From assembly GCA_040954595.2 (NCBI GenBank), contig CM082581.2, forward strand, positions 7,276,059 to 7,340,058: a stretch of DNA of 64,000 nt, in the 5' to 3' direction. The notes below the pieces were generated by a model. That model was given only the letters and a program-made list of their open reading frames with translations. It had not been told where the DNA came from and ran no database searches. A program made the position numbers and the translations under genes. Origin of the DNA: Balanoglossus misakiensis. Lineage: Eukaryota > Animalia > Hemichordata. Every line of letters starts with the position of its first letter. Position 1 is the stretch's first letter. Below are positions 27,424 through 42,000 of the stretch, one piece after another.

Positions 27424-27640
27424 TGACGTCAAAGTAATAGTACCGCGGAGGTCTTCTTTCATGTCGGAAGTATGGGACACGGTGGGATTTCTGGAGATTT
27501 AATCAATGCTTTTAAATCTCGTTAAATGTGATATTTTGTGGGCGATGTAATGCGATAAAGCTGAGCGTTTCGGGAACGAAATAGAACCACTGTATCATGT
27601 GTATATATATACAGCTGGTGTAGTGGTTTGGCGCATGCGC
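27424..27640. promoter_or_regulatory. CRE / ETS / NRF1 motif cluster
   Basis: TGACGTCA (27424-27431), CGGAAGT (~27465) and GCGCATGCGC (27631-27640) within ~220 bp. Confidence 0.25.
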
Positions 27641-30600
27641 ATGAGACGATTTCAGCCGAGTTCCAACAATACTCTGGGAGTCGTTGGCATTTCTTTGCAG
27701 ATTACAACGCAAAGGTATACGGGAGAGAAAAAATATTCCCTGTTTGAAAAAAAGTCAAATTTACTTAATTGCGGTGTGAGTTTAGGTACATTTGAATATA
27801 AATATCACGGACCATTTCGCGACATGTTTAAGTACTTCGCGTCATTCTTGTTTATATATATAATACACACCACTTATATATACCATGACAGCCATATTAA
27901 GCAAATGGCAAGTACGTGTCGGTGTGAGGAAAAGCAGAAGTATGTATACATGTATGCCATTTGTTATCAATTATTCAAGTATCTCGGAGTCCCCCTTTGC
28001 CCTTCATTACGGGGAATGCGGTTTCCATGGTTACTTGAGTTGGACAAGAACCCTGGTGGCCAATTACACGGTCTATTTGGAGCCCAAGTAGCCATGGAAA
28101 TGGGAGATGATGTGATCGATTTACTGTAATTATTTTAAAGTTTACGGACTTACAAATAGAATGAGATGATGAACCAGGTACTACTTAAAGCCCCACAGGG
28201 AAACACTACACAGATTAACTTCCGCAACGCTATACATTGCCCTTTTCTTGTTCTGAAACATCGCCATGGAGATGAAGTAAACAATACACCAGTGGGCGCG
28301 TAAGAATATACCCTATCGATACGAAATGGTTCAAAACTTAAACAATTGTCTTTGACAAGATTTTAAAGTCAAATTGTAAACAAATTGGTTTGTTCACATG
28401 AGGGTTGACCTTGATATATATTTTTTTAAGATTGATAAATCGACATTTCAAAATCCTCAACGTCTGAAGCATCACGCAATGATGTTATTTTGTCCTCAAA
28501 GGTGACCTTGACTAGATCAAACGATTCGCTTGGATTTATCCTGGAAGGGTTTGATGGCCCCGGTTGAGCTATCGCATTTATAGTCATTAAGGTACTCTCT
28601 TTACGTCTGGCGGCACGAATACCGAGAACAACATCTGCGGTTTGCGAGTGATGTCACGGAGGTATCGCCTTCTCCCCGAAGTGCAGTTCCACAAAGGGTA
28701 TGTCAACCCAGTTTTGCTTGATTCTCAAAAAAATACGCTGCTGTAAAAAATCGCCGTATTGTGCTGTTTGCACATCACTTCACTTCACTTGATCTGTTTG
28801 TTGAAGAAAAAAAGGAATGTGTATCTCTTCTCATGCTGGGGTCTGTCACCATATCTGTTTCACTTCACAGCGTCCGGGCTCTGGTAAAACTCTGCGGTTT
28901 TCGCCACCACGACCGGCCTCCGAAGGCAAATATGCTCAGGACACGTCGTCTCTCCCCGGGAGAGAGCATTATTTTAGCAACACCACGCGACTCGCCCCGA
29001 GGGAGGTTGGTTCTGATCTAATAACAATGTGAACAGATGCAGAAGAGCCTGGGTAAAAACGAACGTCAGATGTTATTGTCAACAATAGCAAGTCGGGAAA
29101 CTGCCGTTTGAATTGGGCAATGTCAGAAGTATAAACCCCAATCTACTTGATATTAGACACGTTCAGTGTTTCAATCGTGTTTTTGAGCTCACAAAGGAAG
29201 GTAGATTTGCGTGGAACATAAGCGCATTAAATGAACGAATAATGCAGTGAGGGTTGCACACACACAAAACGCCAGTGTGGTCATCAATAGAAATTGCGGA
29301 CAATGCGTACATGCTTATGACGCATTTCCTAGTGAGACAGCAAAACTAGCACTCAGCTTATTACATGTGTTGCGGCGTTTAGTTATTTTTTTCATCGGCA
29401 TTTTTATCTTGGGTATCTGCAGCACTTTCTGTTTCAAACCCTTGAAGCACGATGAAATTTATACACTATGTATAGCTTGTCATCGTATGTTTTGTGTATT
29501 TGCAGTCAGCAATGTTATTGTAGAAAATTGTTCTTAATAAACTGATAAGCCACTAATAGATCAAATATTAGTACTGCTAGGGTCGTACTCCGTGCATGCA
29601 TGACACAGCCGATTGGTTTGGTTAATCAATAAATCAAGAATGATTGTTTGATGATTATAGAGCGAAATACAAATCTAGGGTAATGAAAGTAACCGCTTGT
29701 ACTTTGGCTATTTTATACCTCTGACTGTAAGTAGTTTTCATTTATAAATGGACCTCTCCATACTTGAATTGAGTAGAAAATCCCTGCGTTAATCCAGAAT
29801 CGAAATCGCCAGGAGACCTTTAATAGATTGCATCTGTATCGCTCACTAAACAATATGGATTGACCCCATGGTCTTTGAAAACATGACGAGTTTATCTTAA
29901 TCACTTAACAGCTCATTCGGGCGGTACATATTTATGCGTATGTGATGAAGTTTGTGAACGGTTTATCCGGACTGACTGCCAATATCGAGATGAGACCTTT
30001 CTGCTCAGAAGGTCTGACAATCCTCCACCTAATCAAATTAGCCGGTGTGCGAATCACACTCCACGTCGCTGCTTTCTGTCACGCTGTCTGCTCGTGCGCG
30101 ACGATTAGCTGACAGGGCTGACGACTTGTCAAACAGCTCGCCCCTCAGGAGCGGGGTAGGGTGCGCGTCAGTTTTTACGCGCACAAGCCGAGCCCTTGCA
30201 GGGCGCCACACGACGTGTGTGTACAGTCCCCTCTCTTTGAAAACAAACTGATTTCCATCAGCGAGTAAATTCATTGGGGGAAAAGTGTGACTTCGTGGCG
30301 AGAGTGACAGGTTGGAATTCGTATTATTCGTTGCACGCACGTCTCCGCCAACTTCACCATCGAGTTTTCGAATGAAGTGCTCGTCCCCAGAAAATTGCCC
30401 CTTAAAAGTAATGACAAAAATACAGAAGGAAAATACAGCGTATTCATTCCAATTTTAAGATTCAGTACACAGAGGCTTGTTTACGTCTGAAGATAATGAC
30501 AAGAATCGTCAAGTGTCCCATTAGAATTGCAATTCTTTCAATTCATCCTCAAGTACTCTCGGAGAGGTTTCGAGGCTGCCAACAGTAACACACTACGTCC

Positions 30601-33600
30601 GCCCGTCTGCGACTAAACGCAGTTTGAGCTGGGATTAGGACCCCGCACACACTTTTCGTAAACATTTTCTACTCATATGTCGAGGTACTGCACATTGAAT
30701 GACAATACCTGGGTGATTCTGAACACCACTCGTCTGCTCGGTGTGTCGACAGCAAAAGCCTGGATTGACGCAGGGTTTGATAACACTCATTACTAAAAGT
30801 CTGAAAGCAGTCTACCTAATATAATAGACGCATCTTGAGGAGCAGGCCGGTGTTCGGATGTCGGTGTTCTGCGTGACAAGGGCGCGCAGATGTGGGTCAC
30901 CTCAGGAGATAAAAATCAACACCCGTCGTATAGCAGTTTAATGATATTTTACGACTCAATTATCCGGCAAGATGTCGCGCACCTTCGGTCACCCGTTGCA
31001 GTGAGCCTGATACCGCGTCCTGGGGAGGGCACGAAGCCGTTACTTCCTCTAATTCGGCGTTTCGTTGTCATCGTTCTTCAACGACAATGGACGGGTAGAG
31101 GGGGGGGGGGGTATTGGTATAACCCTCGGTATTCTAAACTTTTAGTTCATTCAACTGCTGTTAGTAACAAGGCCACATAGGCGACTGGCCCTGAGACATG
31201 AAGTCGATCAACTAGAAAAACATCTAGTACTAACCTGTACTCAGTTTACAATCAAGCAACTGATCAGGACCCCCGAATGCTTTGACGAAGGTTAACATTA
31301 ATGCAAATATTTGTTTGAGAGAAGGAAAGCTACATATTACTGTCATTCCAACTTGATCACTTTGTCGTTATTCTTATTATGAACGTGTCACATGCAGTAG
31401 GCAGCGATGCCGTACCCGTGGTTTTCCTATTGCGAATATGCTTCTGCAAATCACGAAATATTCGATTTTAGAGGTGCGTAATATTTAAAAGGTGGCCCGG
31501 TACAACCTCATGTGTGGCGTTTGTGCAATCAATGATTCGGTGTACATCTTTCGACCGAGGACAAGTCGTTGAAAAAAGTACATGTGTGTGGCACTGAAAG
31601 AACCGTATGAATATGTAAGTCCGCATTTTTTTAAATCTATTATAATGTTTTGATGTGCTCAAAGTGTAGGCTTGATCTCCGGTAGTGCATTCGATGTAAT
31701 ATTTAAAAACGCATGGTTAAAATATCATCAGCTTCCTTCCCACGGATGACATACATCATGTTTCTGTTCTACCCCAAAGTATGTTAATGGGCTTTGATGC
31801 CTGTCGAAATTACTCATTCCAAAAAATTGGTAAGCCTAATTGACAAAGTCAGGAGATTGGGTCTAAAATTAGAGGGCAAGACGAACCCGGGCGTCTCATT
31901 GGAATTCTCAATTAGTACCGCCAAATCACGCAGGAAATAAGACTCATTGTAATTAGACAAAGTGGAATTTCAAGGTAATGTCCAGGCAGTGTTTCCTACG
32001 CATTAAGTGGATTGCATTTTTTGTTGAAATAAATCCCTTTAAAACCATCCTACATTAAAGGAACAAAGTCCACATCTTTGGACGTTATTTCCATTATTTC
32101 TTTTGATACGCCGTTCTCGTTGTTCTGCCTACTGGGATGTTCTTGACCGTGGAGGGTCAGAAAAGCGGTCGTGCATCGACCCCGCGAATCCACACAAAGT
32201 GTAAATACTTCAATGGCAATTTCTGTTAGGTCCCATGGACTCTGTTATAGAGTGGAATGTCACAGAATAGCGCATTTGATGGACATGGTAATTACTATTC
32301 GTCATATATAGGATCTCTTGAAAAGTCATAATACCCCACCGGAACAATTGAAACCATTTTTTACACTAGTGATGTTTTACATGTAGCTGCTGATGACAGA
32401 GGTCGAGAGAATCCAGAGCAGATCTCGTCTTGGAGCAAAGTTTGACAAGTTAGTCGATGTTTACATTCAAGCAGTCGACATTCACACTCACGAATATGCT
32501 TACAAGGTATATATGCTGTACCGTTCTGTGAAATGTCAAAAGTCCACTTTGTCGTGTTTTTTCGCCCGATGGCATGCTTTCGTCTTGTTCCAAATGTGAA
32601 ATTATCATGAGTCGTGACAACCTGGTTTTTTTATATACTGCTGCACGTGGACCGTTGGCATCACCGTTGGTGCATACACACTGTTACAAAAAATGAGATG
32701 TGTTGTTCACATCTTTAGTTAGAGGACTATACCCAGAAGTACTGCGAGGTTAATACATTCCATAGTCTTATACGGAATTTCGAGCAAACGCTATTGCGAT
32801 GTTGCCACATTTCACAAAAGACCATCTTATCCAATGACATAGAGGAAACACGATGTCCCCGTGGTGGATTTTTCATATGGCCGGTAATTATTTCAACCAC
32901 CTAACAACTATCGCATAAGAGCGCTAGAAAAGTGCTTATACTCAACACCCATATTTAGAACTTATATCTGAAAAAAGTAGGATGGAAACACCCTGTTGCC
33001 ATGACCATGACACCACTATGTGCGTTTCAGCTGACGCTGACAGTTTCAGAACTAATGCGGAAATGGTACACCGCCGCTACACACACCTTAAATTGTCTGC
33101 CGGCTCTTTTAGGATTTTGTGTATACGTTTTGTCGAGTTTGTATACTCGGTCTGTACATAGGTCAAGCGAGGACACTGAACGGCGAATGTGTCCTCGCGT
33201 TTGATAATATTTACTAGTTGTACTATCCATCCAAGCACTGCGGATAATAATATAATTTGTTAAGAACATTCCCAAAAGACGCATTGATTGAAACTCATCG
33301 GCGCGTAACGATAAATCATGTAGATAAAAATCCAACAAGAGTGTCTTCTCAAAGATAAGCTTATAGTCCTAGCCACCGCTTTCCACATCCCCAACCCACT
33401 TTTCACAAGGAGAGCAAACGTTGAACTTGGACAAATGCGGATCTAATGGCCTCGTTATTCATTTACTCAAATCTCTCTTGCACAGGCAGTAATCCCTAAC
33501 GCGCACTTGCAAATGGAGCGAACCTCGGGCTAAAATGCGCTTGTTCCATTTTTCAAAATTTCGTCGAAAATGCAATATTTCAAGTTGTCTCTTCCAATAG

Positions 33601-35930
33601 GTTCAGACAGTTTCTAACCCCACTACGTGTAATTTTCATGAAGTTTTATCCGTAGCTCAGCCAGATTAAATTAAATTCAGCGTTCGAAAAAAATGGGATG
33701 GTCACCATGCTCAATTTGAGATACTAGTAAACTTTGTTGAATGTGTTAACCCATAGAAAAACAACCGATGAAAAGGGTGTTTTTTTCCTGTATTATCGAC
33801 TAAATTCACTCATTAAAAATCGAGATTTTTTAATCATGCTTACAAATTGGAATCCAAAAAATAACAATTAAAAGAAATGACAATATTTTCAATTTTACCG
33901 ATCACATATATCCTTAGAATCTGTTTGCCGAGACGTGTTAAATCAGACCGATTGGACAAGCCCCCCCCCCTTATAAACTTATAAACTTAACCGTGTTCAG
34001 GGGATTAGGCAAACTTCGAAATGAAGTTGGTACAACGTTGGGAGGTTGTGATATACGATACGTTGCTATGGAAACAAGGATTTGTCAAGCTGGACCACGA
34101 AAGCAAGGACACGCCAGGGAAAAAGGACAATCAAGGAAAGTATTCGATTGCCCGTGCCGTGTCCTGACTTTACTGCATTGAGAAGCCGATTACGCCAAAC
34201 CTTGGATGTTCGGGGATTAGATACAAATATCAAGGATTTGAGACGAGGCATGATTTATAACCGCTGCATTAGTGGACTGTTTTCTCCCAGGCTGTGCGCG
34301 CGTTTGCACATTAAATAATCTGAGCGACTAACTCCAGCTTGGCACAAAATGTGTAAACGGAGAAAACGAGAGGGGGGGTTGTTAGCCATTGTCCTTGGGG
34401 TAACACGCCGATTTCGGCTTGGAGATTCGCTGACAATGCCGAGTAACTAGCATGTACATGTATAGTAGTTGGACTGGTGTTCTCATTTTGCCGTGCAAAT
34501 GGCAGAAGTTTTGGAGCTTAAGGTAGACTGAGCCTCGAACATCAAAGACTGAAACTTTCTCTCATACTTTGCTCAATGCAACTTTAGGATATGCTTTCTT
34601 CGCTCTCAGGTGTTGTTTATCGATGCTGCCGCAATGCCATCGCAAAGCTGTTTATTTTCCAAAAAAACTGTCATATAAGGCATACATTGTAACAGGTTGT
34701 TTAACACACCCGTGCACGGACTACTCTTAACAGGCGTACAAGCGCACTCGTGGATGCGCTAGATTTTTATGCGTCTGCCAAGCTCTCCCCATTAAACTCG
34801 CAGAAGACGCGTCGCTGCGTAAAAAAACATGTTCCTTCACGTAGAAGTACATTGTATTTCGAAATAGTGATAAAACGAACATCACGATGACTTGTAAACA
34901 TGCCACGCGCTGTTTTCAATCTGCTCCAATTGATACCAGTTATGACAGCAATTGAGCGCAGAATAATGTCGATAATTACATCGCATTCTGTCAATAAGGG
35001 TTGAATTCCCTTTTAATGGCATTTCGAATATGTCGCATACAGTTGGGAATTTCCTAGATAGCCTGTCACCCATTCATTCTGTAGAATTGGAGGAATGCGT
35101 GCGTGTGAGGAGAAAGGCTCTACGCAAATTGGGCAGGCCATGACATTATTTTTGTAGATACCGTTGCCATGTTTTGCCGCTATCATACATGTATATGTCA
35201 CGGTCATTAGCACGTGTAATGAGTTCGTATTATTTCGCCAAAAGAGATTTTCGCGAAATGAGAATACATGTATTTCTGGCCCAGAAATATTGTCACGATG
35301 GACATGGTGTAAGTCTTTAATAACAAAACAATGACGACGACCTCTTCCTTCTCATAAACACAAACTTATTCTACACTATAGGTAAACAACGATGTGAAGG
35401 ATTTGAAATCTCTGTAGTGTTCTGGAAATCCTTGACCGAAGTGGGTCATTTCTTCCGTTACATCTTTTCAGCTAATCCTGGATTGCTTGTTTCCTGTTCA
35501 TGCGTGTATTATCATATCCTGGAGACTAGTGACACATTGGGTTTCCGATAATTAAGTGTGTGCGCGTTGTTCAGGAAAAAAACTCCAGTGCGCATGGACT
35601 TTAAATTTTGGAGCTTTCGTTTCCTTCAAATGCCTCCGACAGCGTGGTTAAGGTTGTCGTTTAATAAGCAGAGCTCCCGCGCAAAAAGTACTCTTGGTCG
35701 GCCACCTTATCTCACTCTTAATCCAAGAGTGCCTTTCTAAAATCTTACGCGTGCCGCCAAACTACTAATACTGTTCGAGTACAATCAGAGCCTCGCCTTA
35801 AGCATGAACAAAATGTCACCCGACACGAGCAAGGTAACTCTGAAACAAACAACACGAGAATATGTAATTATTGAAACGTGATGCAGCCGTCGAGACCTAT
35901 ATTCACGAAAGCCGGGCTCTGTTACCCCCA

Positions 35931-36000
35931 TAAGGCCTACGAAAATGTTTGTTTCCGGTAACCCGACCTACATTTAGTCAAACCCCCAACCCAAAACTCC
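35931..36000 (+). mobile_element. Possible orphan terminus of a non-autonomous DNA transposon (Zator-like TWA|GG end)
   Basis: TAA|GGCCTACGAAAATGTTTGTTTCCGGTAACCCGACCTAC resembles, from memory, TIR ends common in marine invertebrate genomes. No clear partner end was found. Confidence 0.25.
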
Positions 36001-39000
36001 AATCTCCATTTCAGAGTAAATCCAACAACATATTTTCAAAAACAATATTTAAAACCGCAGCTATCCTTCATCCGAAGGACGTGTTACAGGAAATACTATA
36101 TTTTTTCATTTTTCAGCTTATAAGCTTATTCAAAACAAGATTCCGTTTTACTCCGCCAGGAAATTCCACTAGCAAATAAACTGTAGGTGAAGTTCAACGT
36201 TATCAATTTTTTTTCTATCGACCAAATCCTAATTACACGCATGGGTAATACTTCGTGACCCATTACGTTTAAAAATAGCGTCCACATTAAACAGCTGCTC
36301 TTATCAGTATGTGATGGTATGGGCAGATGTGTTCAGTTGAGCAGTACTAAATGTTGTTCACACGTGACCCATTGGACTGTTTAAATGTTTCGGCGATTTA
36401 AATTTCTCCCATGTGGCTACATAAACGTACCATATGCACAAAAATGTTCATGTTCAAAGAATGCCTTCTTTTCCGCATTCCCGCCTCCACAAATCAACCA
36501 AGATTTAATGTGTGGTTTTAAACAAATATCACCCACGTGACTCTCGTAGAAGATTCCAGTTGTTAGGTATAACTTCACACATATCAATTTAATAGTAAAC
36601 TGACACACGAACAGCTATGTAAAATATATAAATACAAAAATGGGTGGGTTTCATCCTATTTTAGTTAGAGTCCTAAGTTAATATCACGCACCATTGGCAA
36701 CTATTTACAGCTGAATTTGGACCATTTTGCAGATTATTATCTTATATCACTAACATGTTACATAACCACACCACTAGAAATATAAGATCATTGTCATTTT
36801 TATGAGTTTTTCAAATGTCATTTTCTGAAAAATTAAAAAAATAAATAGAACTAGGGCGTTTAATTATATGTTTAAGGATTATCCTTTATCTAATGCGCGC
36901 CATTTGTTTTAAAATCACGTCCCGCTATTAAGAAAAACGACAAAGTTAGGGTGTCAGTGTATCTCATTTTTTTATCCTCAAAAACCCGTCGAGGTCATCA
37001 GGGGACTTCCAATCTTCGTTATGAAAAAAGAAAAATAAACTTTGAAAGGCTGGGTACTTCAGTTTGTTTTAATGTTGACGAACTAAAGGGCCTGGGGACA
37101 ATTCACATTCACCAGAATACTATTTCCAGAATAAGTGGAAACTTCTTACGTGAGTGTGAATTTTTTTGGAACGTAACAAATAAACTCAAACATACGAGCT
37201 CTGATTTTGCTGCCTGCAGTGAAACAAATTGGTGCAGACGTCGAGCTTATTTGTGATTTCAAAATTTCACGCTCACAGCACGTTTCAACTAATTCTGAAA
37301 ATGGAAGACTCGCATTCATTGATTTTTGTGACTTTGAATACTCGCCGGGTTGTCTTGTTCTCCGAATATTAAAAGGGGAACGCCCTGCCCGCCTAATACT
37401 GCCCTTTTCCTAATCACTTAAGCATACTGATAATGCGCCGATATATTTTCTTGGAGACGAAACATGATACACGCTCTATCTTCATTTTTTTCTTCTGATC
37501 CTTTCTACATTTACTTCCTCTGGCAATGATTGCTTGACATATTTTGTCTCTCAGTCTTTTTCAGCCTGTCATGGTTTCTGTCTCGACACTTTTCTCTGGT
37601 TTAGTTTAAGGAAAACTTTCAAATGGTCGAAAAGTCTTTACGTTGGATAAGCATTTAATCCGCGTGGCTTTAATCTGTATTTACCCTCTGTTGGTAATTT
37701 TGGAACAAACAGTGCGTTTTACATTTCCTTATATAAATAATTTCGTCTCTCTAGTACCTCCAGGTTTCAACCAAAGAAGGAAGCCGTCGACCATATTGTA
37801 AAACTACCGTCATTTTCCCTTCACTATTGGGTATGATAAACAGCGTGTTAACTCTACCCAGTTCTCCAACATTAAACGGAATTATATGAATAATTTCTTC
37901 TGTGATTAAGAAAAAAGTATGAAGGGCAGAGTACTTCAGTTGTTTTAATTTTCTATAAGTACTCCATTCTCCGGGTCCTCCTTATCAATTTTATTTTGCC
38001 ATGGCGCCCATGCACACTCGTATGCTGAATGTTTAATCAATTGCAACCGCGGCTTCAGAGACTGAACAAGATGATGAGTCCAGCATATATAAGTATTCAC
38101 TCTGTAGTGAAACCCACGTTACTCACGAAGAGCGTTGGACTGTAATACAAAGCATATACAAGATACTGCATAGGCCATACTTCAGCTTATACTATAGCGG
38201 CTTGTTTGCGAAGAAAGCACCTATAGGAGTCACTGTCTTTCGCAGGGAGTGGGTTTGCTGGTTTCTAGATACATGTACATGTACGTTCTGTTTCGCCAGG
38301 CAGTTAATTGAATTATTTGATTCTTACAATGTAAATTAATCAGGTTATCTTTGGGGTCCACTGCAATGCCAACCCATTTTGTATCAGTTGTATCCCCAAC
38401 CGGGCGTAACTAATATCCGACATTGAGTTGTGCATATTAATAAGTTATGAGAGTGTCCTCATAGAAGTTAACGTGTGGATGGTATGGGGGGATTCTATGT
38501 ATCTCAGGGAGCTTACATTACGTATACATGTATACCAAGTAAGGACCAGTGGAATTGTACCTGGATCCTGCCCGGAACCTGACCAAGCCAGTGCAAAAGC
38601 AGTTGAACGTACATGTAGAACCCCTACAAACCTACAAGAACCCGTGTGTCGATGCATACACGTACATGTATACCGTATACGGTTGGCAATGCATATGCGT
38701 ACACCGTATACGGCTGGTGCGAAAGTGGCCACCAGGTGTCGTCCACAAGACATCCGGGGCTTTTTGCCAATTATTCTCGGGGAAACGAATTGCTGTCAGC
38801 TTTAGCCCGAGTGATCTTCATCGCGCCAAAAACGCTGACTGGCGATTCTCCTGAGACATCCTTTTTGAGTTCCGGTGCATCATTAAATTTGAGCATTGAT
38901 GAGTTAGCGTAATTTCTACCACGCCGGAAGGAAGGACGTTGGTGACGTCACGGGGACCACTCACGTTACGGTGCAACGTATACATGTATGACAGATCATG

Positions 39001-42000
39001 CCCACCGTTTTCCAATGATGTCGGAGAAATTTCCCTCTCTTGCAATGCAATGCAATGTACTTTCCACGCATGAGTAACGCGAATCAAATGTGACAGTATG
39101 ACGACTTTTCGGCGCTTATTAAACCTCTTGGGTTCTAATGAGGGGGAGAGATGGAAAACGTACGTTTAAAAAAAGGCTGCTCTGATCCCTGTTTCCATGG
39201 TTATAGCAAGCCAATTTTAGGATGTATCTCGTTAGCTGTTCCTATTGCATGGGGAAACTTCACTAAATTATCAATAAGCAGATCTCAATGGCCGGCCGAT
39301 ACGTACCATATCATGGAAACTATCTGTTCTGAAGCAAATGATTGCAATTTTTGTAACTGTTGATTTGAAACTTTTTTTGCATCAAACCATGTCCCTTCTC
39401 TGGGATTCCTCTTTTTTGCCCTGGAGTCGTGTCACCGAGAACAGAGCTTGTAAAATGCTACATCATCGATATCGATTACATTAAGACGGTGAGAATGCGT
39501 CAACGCCTGGTCTGTTAACACGAGGAGATTGTCTGCCGAAGAACAGACCCAGTTCAATTGGCCGACGGCAGAAACCTTACACGCGCCGGCGCGTCACTCG
39601 CGCACGCCAATGCACTCAATCTGTCGTTCCCAGTCAACGTTGAGGAACAGACGGGTGGAAGGTCATTTCTACATTCCTTTGATGTCCAGTGCTCACATTA
39701 ACGCGCCTGCGAGATGCACCAGCATCAAGGTCGGTGAGGGAAAGCGGGGTTTGCTCGCGTTGAAAGGGGGATAATAGACAGCCACCTTTTAGAAGAAATG
39801 GCTCGGAGGCAAAATACTGGATTGCGGCAGATGACAGAGAAGCGCCGCGCTTGATAGAAAGAGTGAAAACCAACAAAAAGGATTACATCAAAGGCATGAT
39901 TAGCGCCATTATCAATGAAAACATTCGTTGTCTGTTTTGTAATTGATAAGCCTGATTGATGTTACGTTCTTTGACAGTGTAAACAAGAGAACGAAAGGGA
40001 GAGTGTTTTACATAACGCTTTCGGTTCGCCAGTGCAGTGTACAAAGCAACACCTCACATGATGTGTTTTGGCGCTATCATTCGGCCACTTGTTATAAAAA
40101 CAGTTCAAATCGATTCGTTTTGAGATGCCCTTGCGCGGAGATTTCTAACAGACACGGCAAAAGCGACCTCGATCGCTATCCGTTCAAAGGGAAATTGAAA
40201 AAAAATGGGAGGGAGACTCTAATGGCACGGGTCATTTAATTCTGATACGAACGTCTGACAGGTGGTTGACCTTTCCCGCGGTTTTGGAAAACACTTGTGT
40301 GTGTACGGGGAAGAATACAAAACACGAGTGATTGTCAGTGATTGCTGTCTATCTCGCAAGATCTATTGTTGCGCTGAAATTGCGACTACGACACTTGAGA
40401 AACTCGTTCGAGATGTCGGATTACCGTCGACGCCGGTCTGAGCTTCGTCGACAACCTGAACCGGAACCACACGAACAAACCAGTGTCAGTGAAATCTTGC
40501 AGGGAATCGTTTCGCCCATCGCCCCGGCTTGTCTGCGCCAGTTGCCGGACTATTAAGTACATTGACAAGATATTTAAATAGTCTGTTAAGAAAAATACAA
40601 ATAAAAGAAACTACTTCAAAATGTACCGACAAAGACTCTACTTCTAGTAGCGGAAAAAAAATATAAAGCGATTGTTTGGTAGTTGGGGTGACGTGAAGGT
40701 CGTTCAGTATTACACAGCTATTTTGATGCCAATGTACTTGTACTCCACTTACGTAATGAATTCCTTTCCATTTCTCGTCACTGCGCCGGCTGAAACTTGT
40801 GTGCGCTGCCAAAGTCGCCGGTTCTGTTTCAACACAGTGTAAACAGCGTAACTTAAAAACAGTCCTACCCGCGGGTCCCGGCGCCATATTAGACGAGCTC
40901 AGGCAGTTTGATAAGAGAAATTATGGGAAGTCTGAAAACGCATCATTCATCTCTTCAAAACTCTCCAATATTAGAGCTAAAATTAGAATCCGGTGGCGAA
41001 TTGATATGAAACACGTGAATCATGATCAGTTGCACGTACACATGGCCAACTGAGCGAGCGTAAGTAATAATCGCGCAATGGGTCGGAAACGCAGAGTTCT
41101 GACTAGGTGTCAAAACCTAGATTCAGAATGCTGTTAAAGTCGCTCCGAGATAGGGCGAGGAACCATCTTGCAATTGTCTGATACACTCGTGATATTATCA
41201 TATCAAGCTTTGTGAGCCGCGGCGACTAAAAGAGTTCATTTGAATTTTCGTGTGAGCCGGGCCTCAGTGCAACACTGTACACCATTACCCTTTCGTAATG
41301 GAGAGGCGATACCGCCTGGGGTAATTTTCCTTCATCATACTCTCGCTCTCACCGAAGAAAATTGTCAGAAAGTCGGCTCGCTGATCAGAAAGTTATTTTT
41401 TTCTGTCATTGCCGCGGCAGTTTCGCTGAACCCAATGTGAAGCGCTGGTGTCGTTTCTGGGAGTAGTTTCTGTGGCGGAGCGCTAATGAGGGTCGTGATA
41501 TGCATGATCACATACCGTTTCAGGTGTTTCGTTGCGGATCAAAGAGACAAATTAAATGAGTGTGTAGTGTGTGAAGGCAATGAAACCAGAAAATACCAAG
41601 AATGACTTAACTTCTTGCACACCACTTTGTCAGTTAGTTCCCTGTCGCGCAGGCTTCACGCACCCCGCGGAGTTTTCAGGATGAAAACTGCATGACTAAT
41701 CTATCTATAATCATGGGAAAATTCGAAAATGGTTCGTGCGCGGCAAAAGCTGGGAAAACTGCGAATAAAATAAATAACAGTTTCGGCTCTGTCTGAATGA
41801 CCTTTCGAAAGGGACTTCGAAAGACTCGAAGGGAAACGGTTGACGCAGGCACACAACTCCACCTGGGCATGTAATGCAAAAAAATCTACATGTGCCGCCA
41901 AAGAAGACTGCCTCCGTGCACGAAGGTCGTTCCGGTCCCCCAATCATCTATCGCACAAAAATAGGTTGAATTTGCATATCTGCAAGGGCACCCCGGAGAA

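Noticed and set aside
33510-34610. Fragments resembling an old MITE family (also ~3640-3730 and ~18180-18260)
   Set aside because: The similarity rests on memory and short shared words (GGTCACC, GCCATTTTGAA, AAACTTT); boundaries cannot be set without alignment.
36241-36263. Small hairpin ATGGGTAATACTTCGTGACCCAT
   Set aside because: Only a 6-8 bp stem, expected by chance in 64 kb.
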